Assembly (NCBI RefSeq): GCF_000146505.1
Contig: NC_017448.1
Span: 2,880,001 to 2,912,000, forward strand
From: Fibrobacter succinogenes subsp. succinogenes S85
Lineage (GTDB): Bacteria > Fibrobacterota > Fibrobacteria > Fibrobacterales > Fibrobacteraceae
Reading direction: 5' to 3'
DNA length: 32,000 bases
A model generated the notes under the pieces. The model saw nothing but the letters and a program-made list of their open reading frames with translations. It searched no databases and was not told the DNA's origin. Positions within the stretch are counted from its first letter, which is position 1; each line of letters starts with the position of its first letter. A program made the position numbers and the translations under genes. This document shows, one piece after another, positions 8,585 to 16,527 of the stretch.

Positions 8585-9151
8585 TTGCTAAAATTTGCGG
8601 TAGTCGATCTCGAAACGACCGGCGGACATGGTGAAGATAATCGAATAATGGAAATCGGAATCGCCCTGATGGACGGTTCCGAAATTGTTGAAACGTACCA
8701 CGCGCTTGTAGACCCAGGAAAGCCGATAACGCCGTTTGTGCGAGAGCTTACGGGCATCACCGACGAGATGGTTAGTGGACAACCGCAATTTGGCGTGATT
8801 GCTGAGCATGTGGCTGCTTTATTGCAAGACCGCATTTTTGTAGCGCACAACGTTCAGTTTGACTGCAAGTACATGACTGCGGAACTGAAACGCTGCTGCA
8901 TCAAGTTCAACCCTGCGAGACTTTGTACGGTAAAGCTTTCGCGGCGTGTGTTCCCGGGGCAACCGAGCTACAGTTTGCACAAACTCACGGAATCGCTAGG
9001 GCTCCCTGATTTTAACCATCACCGTGCTTTGGACGATACGCTTGCGGCGGCTGCCATTTTGAGGTCTGCGCTGGAGAAAGTTGGCGAGGCGGGCGTGATG
9101 AAGAACGTCGTGAATATCTCCGTCGCCAAGAAGCAGGCTTTTAACAAGTAG
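8585..9151 (+). CDS. DnaQ-like DEDDh 3'-5' exonuclease (Pol III epsilon family, stand-alone)
   Basis: Exo I 'VVDLETTG', Exo II 'FVAHNVQFDCKYM', Exo III 'HRALDDTLAAA'. TTG start with AGGTAA 6 nt upstream. Confidence 0.8.
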   Translation: MLKFAVVDLETTGGHGEDNRIMEIGIALMDGSEIVETYHALVDPGKPITPFVRELTGITDEMVSGQPQFGVIAEHVAALLQDRIFVAHNVQFDCKYMTAELKRCCIKFNPARLCTVKLSRRVFPGQPSYSLHKLTESLGLPDFNHHRALDDTLAAAAILRSALEKVGEAGVMKNVVNISVAKKQAFNK

Positions 9152-9208
9152 TTGTTGGACAATGGCTGTTGCGAAAGTTATGTCTACGAGAAGTATAGAT
9201 TTTTTTTA

Positions 9209-9231
9209 CTAAGCTCTAAGTTCTAAGCTCT
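9209..9231. repeat. Tandem heptamer (CTAAGYT)3 in a convergent intergenic region
   Basis: CTAAGCT|CTAAGTT|CTAAGCT|CT, read directly. It gives TAA on the plus strand and TAG on the minus strand in all three frames. Confidence 0.85.
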
Positions 9232-9253
9232 GCCAACTGCGGCAAAGCCGCTC

Positions 9254-10523
9254 CTACTTCAACAAACCCATTTTGTATTTCAGCTTTAAGATGCGGGCAG
9301 CGGATTCTTCGATGCGCTTCTTGTATTTTGAGCTTTTGTCTGAAAGTTCCATCATGATGTTGAGCATGTCCTTGGCTTTGGACGTGTAAGAAATCATGAG
9401 GATGTCGTTACCCGCGTCAATGATGGCGGTGACGAGGCGCTTGAAGTCTTTGTCCGGGTAGGTCTTGCGAGGAGGAATTTGCGTTTTGCCGCTGGCCCAG
9501 GCGCGAAGCGAGGTGCCCCAGAGGTCATCGGTGAGCATGACCATGTCTGGGGAGTTCTTGCGGGCCATCTTGACGATGTTGGCGTCAAAGACGGCGGGAC
9601 GGCTAGAGATGCGCAAAAAGTGGACACTCGACATCATCGTGACGGGTATGTCCTTGGAGAGAGTCCTGAAAAAGCTTATGTTCTGCTCGATTTTTTCCTT
9701 GGGCGAGGCGCTGATGGCGATTTGCAAATCGCTGTTCGTCCAGGCGTCATAACCGGGGAAGTGCTTTGAAACGCAGATGACGCCGTTATCGCGCATGCCG
9801 TGGACGAATGCTCTTATTTTGTAAGCGTTTGTCGTGTCGTTGCCCCACGAGCGTCGGCTTTCTTCCATGAACGAATTGGTGCCGCGGTGGTCCTTGGACG
9901 GGTCCAAAACGGGAGCTAAGTTCATGTTAATTCTGATATCCTTGAGTGCGCGTCCAATTTTTTTTTGCAAGTGTGCGAATTTGCGTGGTGTCCATACGGC
10001 GCATTTCAAGGGCGCTGGGGGTGTGTCGCCAATTGTCGGAAAATGATGCCAAACGGTTGACGATGCCGCCTTCTTGGTCAAGTGCTGTGAAAAGAGGAAT
10101 CTTCAGGTTGCTGTCAATTTCGTCCATTCGTTCTTTGTAATTGTCGAAACTGCGGAGGTGCTTGCCTGTGATGAGAACGCCGCCGAGCTCGTTTTCGATC
10201 ACGAATTGCGGCGAGGTGAGGAACACCATGATCATTTGGCCCGCTTTTTGGCGCATGGACATGGAATTCCACAAAGGCATGAGTTCATCGGGCAAGTTGT
10301 ACGGATTTTTGCCGGACTTAGCAACGCTTGACGAAGACTGTACTGTTGTGGACGAACTGCTCACGGCAGGCGTCATTTGCTGTACGCTTGACGAGGACAT
10401 CATCACGCACATCGAAACTTCGGAAGAACTCGACTCTGGTATATACCGGTCAATTTGATAATCTTGCGCAAAGACGGAAAATGCTGCAAAGCAGACTAGG
10501 ACAAAAGCTTTTTCAAAGCGCAT
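9254..10523 (-). pseudogene. Secreted GH3 N-terminal-domain (NagZ-like beta-N-acetylhexosaminidase) gene split by a 1-nt frameshift in an A9 tract
   Basis: ORFs 9927..10523 (signal peptide, Ser-rich linker, 'KAGQMIMV...LDQEGGIVNRL') and 9254..10081 ('INMNLAPVLD', 'KHFPGY', 'MLTDDLWG') are two halves of one GH3 domain in different frames. They meet at the T9 run 9958-9966 (A9 on the coding strand). Removing one A gives ...TLAKKIGRALKDIRINMNLAPVLD... and a ~422-aa product. Confidence 0.75.
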
Positions 10524-10529
10524 GGAAAA

Positions 10530-13073
10530 CTATTCGCCCTTCGGAGCGGCTTTCTTTGCAAAACGGCGGGGCTTGAATTCACGCGGCGGGAAATCGAACT
10601 TGAGCTTGCCCTTCACGAGCGTGAGGTACGCGTCGAACAGGCGGCGAGTCTTGTTGCTGCGGAAACCCTTGATGAGCGAAGTCTTTTCGCCAGCGAGCAA
10701 TTTCTTGATGTCGTCGAGCGGAATTTCCTTGCCGAGGAGAATTTTCGGGAGCGAAAGTCCACTCGGTTCCTTCTTCACGTAGCTTTCGGAGACGTAGCCC
10801 GTGAGCGTTTCGTAAACGTCGGAGCCGTCTACCGGAGACTTGCCGATAACTTCACCGAGTTCGATTTCTTCGGGCTTTTCTTCAAAGACAAATTCAACTT
10901 TGTTCTGGTCATTGATGATGAGGCCTGCTGAAAATTCAGCGCCCTTCTTGCTGCGGAAACCTGTGAGCGGTCCAATCTTGCGCTTGGTCAAGAGCTCTAC
11001 GATTTCACTTTCGGACAAGTGCTTGCCGCCCGTAATCTTGCGGATGACGATGCCATCTTCGGTGGTGTAGCGGCTGACCGTTTCAAAAACCTTCTTGCCG
11101 TTTACAGGACTGAAGCTTGCTTCGCCGGTCGTGCTTTCTTCCTTGAATCCCTTGATGTTCTTCACCATCGTCTTTGTCATTTCGATGATGCCGTTCATGA
11201 ACGCTTCGCGAGATTCCTTGCCCTTCGAGATGAGGTCCATCTTGTATTCCCATTCGCCGGTGAGTTCCGGGCTGGTGAGGGCTTCGCAGTTCATGGCGGA
11301 GAGGACCTTGATGAGGTCGAATGCCTTTGCTGTCGGGATCATTTCCTTGCCGTCGCGGACAACGTACTTGTCGCTCACGAGCTTTTCAATGATGGCGGCG
11401 CGTGTGGCTGGCGTTCCGAGGCCGCGTTCCTTCATGGCGTCACGCAGTTCGTCGTCTTCCACGAGCTTACCTGCACTTTCCATCATCGACAAAAGCGTGC
11501 TTTCGGTGTAGTGTGCTGGCGGCTTGGTAAAGTCTTCCTTCGATTCAATTGCAAGCGTCTTGGCGGTGTTGCCGTTCAGCTTCGGAATGTTCGATTCTTC
11601 GTCGGATTCCTTGCCGTAAATAGCCTTGAAGCCCGGGTCCACGAGAATCTTGCCTTCGGTGATGAAGGTCTCGTTTTCGACCGTCGTGATGCGGGTCGTG
11701 TTGAGGTACTGCGCTGGCGGGAAGAATACCGCGATAAAGCGCTGGCAAATCATCGTGTAGATTTTTTCTTCGGCTTCGGAGAGTCCCTTCGGCACGACGC
11801 CTGTCGGGATGATGGCGAAGTGGTCCGAAATCTTCGAGTTGTCAAAGACCTTCGGCGTACGCTTCACGTAGTTCTTGTCCAAAGCTTCTTGAGCGAACTT
11901 GGCGAGCGGACCTTCAATCTTGCCGAGTGTAGCCTTTACCGGAGCCACGTAGTCTTCGGGCAAGCAACGGCTGTCGGTACGCGGGTATGTGGTTGCCTTG
12001 TAATGTTCGTAAAGCGATTGTGCGATGGAAAGCGTCGTCTTGGCGCTGAAACCAAAGCGGTTGTTCGCTTCGCGCTGGAGCGTGGTGAGGTCATAGAGCT
12101 GGCCGCACTTCTGCTGGCTCGGGGCGGTGGTCTCTTCGATGGAGCCAGTCTTGCCCTTGCACTTGGCGAGAATTTCCTGAGCGCGTGCTTCGTCAAAAAT
12201 TTGCTTGACGCGATCCTTGCCGTTTTCTTTATCGACGGTGAACCACTTGCCTTGGTAGCCGGCGCCTGCGTTATCGAACGAGGCTTCGATGGTCCAGAAT
12301 TTCTGCGGTATAAAGCGGTTGCGTTCTTCTTCGCGCTTCACGATAATGGCAAGTGTCGGGGTCTGCACGCGTCCGCATGGCGTAATCTGGAACCCGCCCA
12401 TAGAGCTGTTGTAGGCGGTAAGTCCGCGGCTGCCGTTCATGCCTACGAGCCAGTCGGCTTCGCTACGGCAGAGGGCGGCGTTCCTCAAGTTCACCATGTC
12501 TTCTTCGGTACGGAGGTGTTCAAAGGCGTCCTTGATGGCGGCAGGCGTCATGCTCTGCATCCAAAGTCTCTTGAACGTCTTGCCCTTGAAGTTCCCCTTG
12601 AGGATGTAGTCCACGATGTAATAGAAAATCAGTTCACCTTCGCGGCCCGCATCGCACGCGTTTATAATCGTCGTCACGTCCTTGCGCTTGATGAGCTTGC
12701 CGAGGGCGGAGAGATGGGCTTTAGTGGTCGGGAGGGCAACGAGCGGGAACTTTTCCGGGAGCATGGGGAGCGTTTTCATGTCCCATGCCTTGTAGCGTTC
12801 GTCAATATCTTTCGGGTCGGCGATACCAACGAGGTGACCGATCGCATGGCTTACGATGGTCGTGTCGCTTTCGTAATAGGCGGTTTCTTTCTTGAAGGAC
12901 TTTGCACCGAGCACTTTGACGAGGTCGGCTGCCACGCTAGGTTTTTCCGCGATGATGAGCGTCTTACCTTCGACGGCCGCCTTAGCCGTCTTTGTTGCTT
13001 TTGCGGCGGTTTTTGTTGCTGTGGTTTTAGTCGCCTTAGTTGTAGTTTTTGTCGTTGCCATTTTTATTTCCAC
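10530..13073 (-). CDS. topB: DNA topoisomerase III (type IA) with two C-terminal Topo_C repeats and a Lys/Thr/Ala-rich N-terminal tail
   Basis: TOPRIM 'LIIAEKPSVA' and 'CDAGREGELI'. Active-site Tyr context 'ATTYPRTDSRCL'. Two repeats of the type '...GFRSKKGAEFSAGL...' / '...GFRSNKTRRLFDAYL...'. The track start at 13073 is GTG. An ATG at 13061 (MATTK...) lies 2 nt after the GT2 stop and is an equally likely start. Confidence 0.85.
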   Translation of the reverse strand: MEIKMATTKTTTKATKTTATKTAAKATKTAKAAVEGKTLIIAEKPSVAADLVKVLGAKSFKKETAYYESDTTIVSHAIGHLVGIADPKDIDERYKAWDMKTLPMLPEKFPLVALPTTKAHLSALGKLIKRKDVTTIINACDAGREGELIFYYIVDYILKGNFKGKTFKRLWMQSMTPAAIKDAFEHLRTEEDMVNLRNAALCRSEADWLVGMNGSRGLTAYNSSMGGFQITPCGRVQTPTLAIIVKREEERNRFIPQKFWTIEASFDNAGAGYQGKWFTVDKENGKDRVKQIFDEARAQEILAKCKGKTGSIEETTAPSQQKCGQLYDLTTLQREANNRFGFSAKTTLSIAQSLYEHYKATTYPRTDSRCLPEDYVAPVKATLGKIEGPLAKFAQEALDKNYVKRTPKVFDNSKISDHFAIIPTGVVPKGLSEAEEKIYTMICQRFIAVFFPPAQYLNTTRITTVENETFITEGKILVDPGFKAIYGKESDEESNIPKLNGNTAKTLAIESKEDFTKPPAHYTESTLLSMMESAGKLVEDDELRDAMKERGLGTPATRAAIIEKLVSDKYVVRDGKEMIPTAKAFDLIKVLSAMNCEALTSPELTGEWEYKMDLISKGKESREAFMNGIIEMTKTMVKNIKGFKEESTTGEASFSPVNGKKVFETVSRYTTEDGIVIRKITGGKHLSESEIVELLTKRKIGPLTGFRSKKGAEFSAGLIINDQNKVEFVFEEKPEEIELGEVIGKSPVDGSDVYETLTGYVSESYVKKEPSGLSLPKILLGKEIPLDDIKKLLAGEKTSLIKGFRSNKTRRLFDAYLTLVKGKLKFDFPPREFKPRRFAKKAAPKGE

Positions 13074-14194
13074 TTAAAACGTCCGAACAGTCCGAACAGT
13101 ACGGCCAGTACGGTAAAGGGGGCGTGGATGAACTCAACCGGGATGCACCACTTGAGGAGGTGTTCCTGCTTGAATATTTTGAGCCCGCGAATAATGAGAA
13201 CCATGTCGCCTACGCTCTTGCACAAGAACGCTATCAATGTGGCGACGAAAATTTTGAAACTGAAAATCGAGAATGCTGCGGTGATGCAGAGCATGGTGAG
13301 GAACAGGAACACCATCGAGAGCACAAAGACGATTTTTGGGGTATAGTAGATGGTCTTTGATGCCCAACGTTTGCGCTGTTCCCAGAGGGCCTTGAGCGTT
13401 TCCTTGCCGCTTGTGGTGACGAACGTGGAGGGCGTGATGCAGTAGCGCATGGCCCATGGGCGGTCGGCTGCCAGTTTTTGCATCAGGAGGTCATCGTCTC
13501 CGCTTTGGATCTTGATGACGCCCGTAAAGCCGTTCACGCTCTGGAAGAAGCTCTTGCGGTAGGCGAGGTTGTTGCCCGTGCTTGTGAGCGGGAGGTGCAT
13601 GGCGAGGCCAGCTGTGCCTGCGATGCGGTAAATCAGCGTTTCGACAGCCTGCATGCAGATGATGAACGGCGAACTCTTGTCTGTTGGGATGTACGAATGC
13701 CCGGCGACAAGTTCAATCCCCGGTTCAAATTCCTTGACGAGGAACTTGATCCAGGACGGCTGCACGATGCAGTCGGCGTCTGTGAGGCAGAGAATTTCAC
13801 CGTTGCAGGCGTCAATGAGCTTCGAAAGAGCCTGCTTTTTAGGGCTCACGCCTTCGGGGATGGAATCAATCGTGAGCACATGGAGGCGTTCAAACTTTGC
13901 TTCGTATTCCGCGAGAATCTTTGGGGTGTCGTCCGTGGAGCGGTCATCGGCTACCCAGACCTCCCACTCGCCCTCGTAATCTTGCGAGAGGACGGAATCG
14001 AGCGTTTCGCGGATGCCTTCGGATTCGTTACGCGCCGCAATCAGGATGCTTACCTTCGGGAGCGGTTCCGGATCGGCAAAGCCTTCGCGCACTCGCCCGA
14101 GCGCACGGTAGAACCGCACTTCTAACCCGAGATAGAAGATGGCGAGTATTGCCAAAAGCCCGATGGCTACGTATGTCAAAACCGTAAGGAACAT
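13064..14194 (-). CDS. Membrane-embedded family 2 glycosyltransferase of the processive (NodC/IcaA/cellulose-synthase-like) type
   Basis: N-terminal TM segment. 'ILIAARNES', 'ADDRSTDDT', 'LTDADC', 'SGDDDLL' and 'WEQRKRW' (QxxRW). Several C-terminal TM helices. Confidence 0.75.
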   Translation of the reverse strand: MFLTVLTYVAIGLLAILAIFYLGLEVRFYRALGRVREGFADPEPLPKVSILIAARNESEGIRETLDSVLSQDYEGEWEVWVADDRSTDDTPKILAEYEAKFERLHVLTIDSIPEGVSPKKQALSKLIDACNGEILCLTDADCIVQPSWIKFLVKEFEPGIELVAGHSYIPTDKSSPFIICMQAVETLIYRIAGTAGLAMHLPLTSTGNNLAYRKSFFQSVNGFTGVIKIQSGDDDLLMQKLAADRPWAMRYCITPSTFVTTSGKETLKALWEQRKRWASKTIYYTPKIVFVLSMVFLFLTMLCITAAFSIFSFKIFVATLIAFLCKSVGDMVLIIRGLKIFKQEHLLKWCIPVEFIHAPFTVLAVLFGLFGRFKWK

Positions 14195-14317
14195 TGTTCT
14201 TCGGCAAAATGTAATAAGGTTTTTTTGAAAGTTTAAAACGCACTCTTAAAATCGCGGGGCATTTTTGCGTATATAATATAATAGTAAGTAACTGAGCGCT
14301 GAACACGTGGGCAGTGA

Positions 14318-14551
14318 CTAGTGCAAGCTCTTGATAAACTCTGGCGCAAAATCTACACCATTTGACCACGTAATTGTGTGGGCTTGCAAGCAGAAATCCT
14401 TGAACACGTTTAGGTCTGCGAGTTGCTTCACTATTGCTCGATGGTCTGATTTGATGACTTTCTCAAAATCTGCAACAAAATGATATCCGTCATTGAATGT
14501 GACGGATATCTTGTAATTGTCAATATATTTTGCGTCTATCACATGCAGCAT
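14318..14551 (-). CDS. DUF2442-family small protein
   Basis: 77 aa. 'IDAKYIDNYKISVTFNDG...FDF...WSNGVDFAPEFI' fits the DUF2442 pattern. It starts 3 nt after the stop of the DUF4160 gene. Confidence 0.7.
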   Translation of the reverse strand: MLHVIDAKYIDNYKISVTFNDGYHFVADFEKVIKSDHRAIVKQLADLNVFKDFCLQAHTITWSNGVDFAPEFIKSLH

Positions 14552-14554
14552 TGT

Positions 14555-14758
14555 TTAAACCAACGGAGCTATTTTTTTATACATCCCCGTTTTTGTTAAC
14601 GAATTCCAGTTGTCAATCAATTCCTGCTTATGGAGTGTCGCCCACTCAATAACGAGACCTTTGACCCTTGCTGGAAGATTGCCTTCTAGCATTTGAAATG
14701 TAGATAATTCGAAGATTCCTTCCAAGTCGTTGTATATTGCATGGAAGTGCGGAGGCAT
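14555..14758 (-). CDS. DUF4160-family small protein, N-terminally short
   Basis: 67 aa beginning MPPHFHAIY (the family's PPHFHA box), with 'LPARVKGLVIEWATLHKQELIDNW'. Family members normally have ~20 more N-terminal residues. Here an in-frame TAG lies 17 codons upstream of the ATG. Confidence 0.65.
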   Translation of the reverse strand: MPPHFHAIYNDLEGIFELSTFQMLEGNLPARVKGLVIEWATLHKQELIDNWNSLTKTGMYKKIAPLV

Positions 14759-14828
14759 GTGGTCGTGTCGATTGGCAAGAGGTCTTTGCTCAAAAAAATG
14801 AATCCGCTAAGTGCGGTGAAATGCTAGC

Positions 14829-16466
14829 TTACTTTTTTGCGGAAAGTTTTGGCCAGGAATTTTTGGGCATTTGATTTAAGTAGGTGAGGCGAGTCCAAGA
14901 ATCGTCACGGAAGGCGCTACCGAGCATGAGCTCGTCTATTTTCCCGTTGAATCCGCCGATTTTAAAGTCTGCAAGTTCGCGGTTGCCGTCCCAATCGCTA
15001 CGGCTTTCTTCGGCTTCAATTTTAACGCCGTTGATAAAGTAATTTGTTTGTGGTATGGAGTGCTTGCTGAATGCAATGAAAATCCATTTGCCAGCTTCGA
15101 TTCCTTTTGTGCCGGACGCCCACGTTTGTTTATAACTTACGGTGTCCGTGGCGTAGAACTCTACGACAAAGCCTTGGTCGGGATCGTAGCGGAGAGCGTA
15201 TTCATCTACTTTTTCAAAGATGGTCTGTTGCTTTAGCGATTCGAGGTTAACCCACAGTGAGAAACAGAATTGCTTACCATCAAAGGACAAATTAACCTTG
15301 CGAGATGAGTCTATCTTGGCGGAGTTTGTCGCGGTGATTGAAGTTGTTGCGTCTAGCGAAATGGATGTGCCGAGAACGCCGTCTGCGTTGCGGTTTTCGA
15401 CCGTTTCGGTTCCCGTTTCTGCGGCGGTAAGCGATCCATCGAAATAGCCTTTTTCGGCATCGTCCTTGATGTCGGTTCCGCTATCAAAATGGTACACGAG
15501 CGAATAGCTGCGGTTAGTCGGGAATACGTCGTGAGCGTAACCCGATTCAAGCGCATTGTTGAACGAAAGCTCTAGCGAGTCGGAAACGTTTAACGAATCC
15601 ACGCTTACCCAGAAAACGGCTTCTTTTTCGTCAAAGACTGAATTCACAATCGGGAGCTTTTTGCTGCGCTTGCCATCTTTTGAAATGCGTACAACTTCCC
15701 AGCGGCCTTGCAAGCGAGCGAGTGTATCGATGTCGCTGTTTTCTGCGGTCAGGCGGAGCGCAAGCGGAATGTCGCTCACAAAAGACGAGAGCGTGTCTTT
15801 GCCTTCGGGGAGTGCAAGCGGGGCGACGAACGTGTATTCGATGTGGGGATAGTTGATGAGCGTCTGGACGGTCGTGTCTGATTTGACGAAGACATCCCCG
15901 TAATCCAACGTGTCGTTTTCTATATAAATTCTGAGACCGAGCGTGTCGGTGGGTAAGCTGTCGATAATGGCTTTTTGCCCGAGGACTGTCACTTTGCGTA
16001 AAATGGTCGTTCCGGGGATTGTGACCATGACGGACGTGCCGTCTTCAATGAGGCTGTTGAACGCGATTTCGACAGAGCCTGGTGCGCGGAGCGTATCGCT
16101 AACGGCGATGGAATCGTCTTCGGTGATGCTTACGTTTTGTACGAGGAACCGCTTGCCGGATTGTTCATGGAAAGTTTCGACGGCGTAAGTGCCTGCAGGA
16201 ATGGAATCAAGGCTGTAGTAGCCTGTGGAATCCGTTTCCGTGGTGTAGGCGGCGGGGAGCTCGCCTGAGGCCGCGTCAAAGTCGCTAGGGACGCAATGCA
16301 CGCGCGCAAATGCGGCGGGCTTGCCGTTATCCAAAAGGAAAATGCCGGCGAGTTCAGGAGAACCCGTCTCGGCGCTGTTGCCTGCAATATGGCTGTCGGA
16401 GGAGCAACCTCCAAAAATTGCGGCGGACGCAATTGAAACAGCCAATATGTTTTTGCAGAACTTCAT
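14829..16466 (-). CDS. Lipoprotein with CarboxypepD_reg-like N-domain and C-terminal LamG/concanavalin-A-like domain
   Basis: MKFCKNILAVSIASAAIFGGC|SS lipobox. The track start at 16475 is TTG, and the ATG at 16466 is more likely. 'TDSTGYYSLDSIPAGTYAVE' is CarboxypepD_reg-like. The C-terminus 'FDG..FCFSLWVN...WIFIAFSK...NYFINGVK...GKIDELMLGSAFRDDSW' is LamG-like. Confidence 0.65.
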   Translation of the reverse strand: MKFCKNILAVSIASAAIFGGCSSDSHIAGNSAETGSPELAGIFLLDNGKPAAFARVHCVPSDFDAASGELPAAYTTETDSTGYYSLDSIPAGTYAVETFHEQSGKRFLVQNVSITEDDSIAVSDTLRAPGSVEIAFNSLIEDGTSVMVTIPGTTILRKVTVLGQKAIIDSLPTDTLGLRIYIENDTLDYGDVFVKSDTTVQTLINYPHIEYTFVAPLALPEGKDTLSSFVSDIPLALRLTAENSDIDTLARLQGRWEVVRISKDGKRSKKLPIVNSVFDEKEAVFWVSVDSLNVSDSLELSFNNALESGYAHDVFPTNRSYSLVYHFDSGTDIKDDAEKGYFDGSLTAAETGTETVENRNADGVLGTSISLDATTSITATNSAKIDSSRKVNLSFDGKQFCFSLWVNLESLKQQTIFEKVDEYALRYDPDQGFVVEFYATDTVSYKQTWASGTKGIEAGKWIFIAFSKHSIPQTNYFINGVKIEAEESRSDWDGNRELADFKIGGFNGKIDELMLGSAFRDDSWTRLTYLNQMPKNSWPKLSAKK

Positions 16467-16527
16467 TGATACCAATATATATAAGATTTGCTAAAAGCGG
16501 GTGGGCTATTAATCGCTATAGTAATCG

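Noticed and set aside
12600-12680. TOPRIM acidic motif reads DAGREGE rather than the DxDREGE I remember from E. coli Topo I/III
   Set aside because: I believe the DAG variant is common in TopB of several phyla and cannot verify otherwise without an alignment. It is not reported as an anomaly.
11019-13346. 775-aa ORF on the plus strand, the longest plus-strand ORF in the middle of the window
   Set aside because: It is entirely antisense to topB and the GT2, whose translations carry unmistakable family motifs. Its own product is Arg/His/Phe/Val-rich low complexity with no recognisable domain, signal or SD. It is a shadow ORF produced by the codon bias of the sense genes.
10530-14758. topB next to an AT-rich small-gene cassette as a hint of an integrative/conjugative element
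   Set aside because: There is no integrase, relaxase, T4SS gene, tRNA target or flanking direct repeats in the window. topB is tightly coupled to GT2 and GH3, which look chromosomal.
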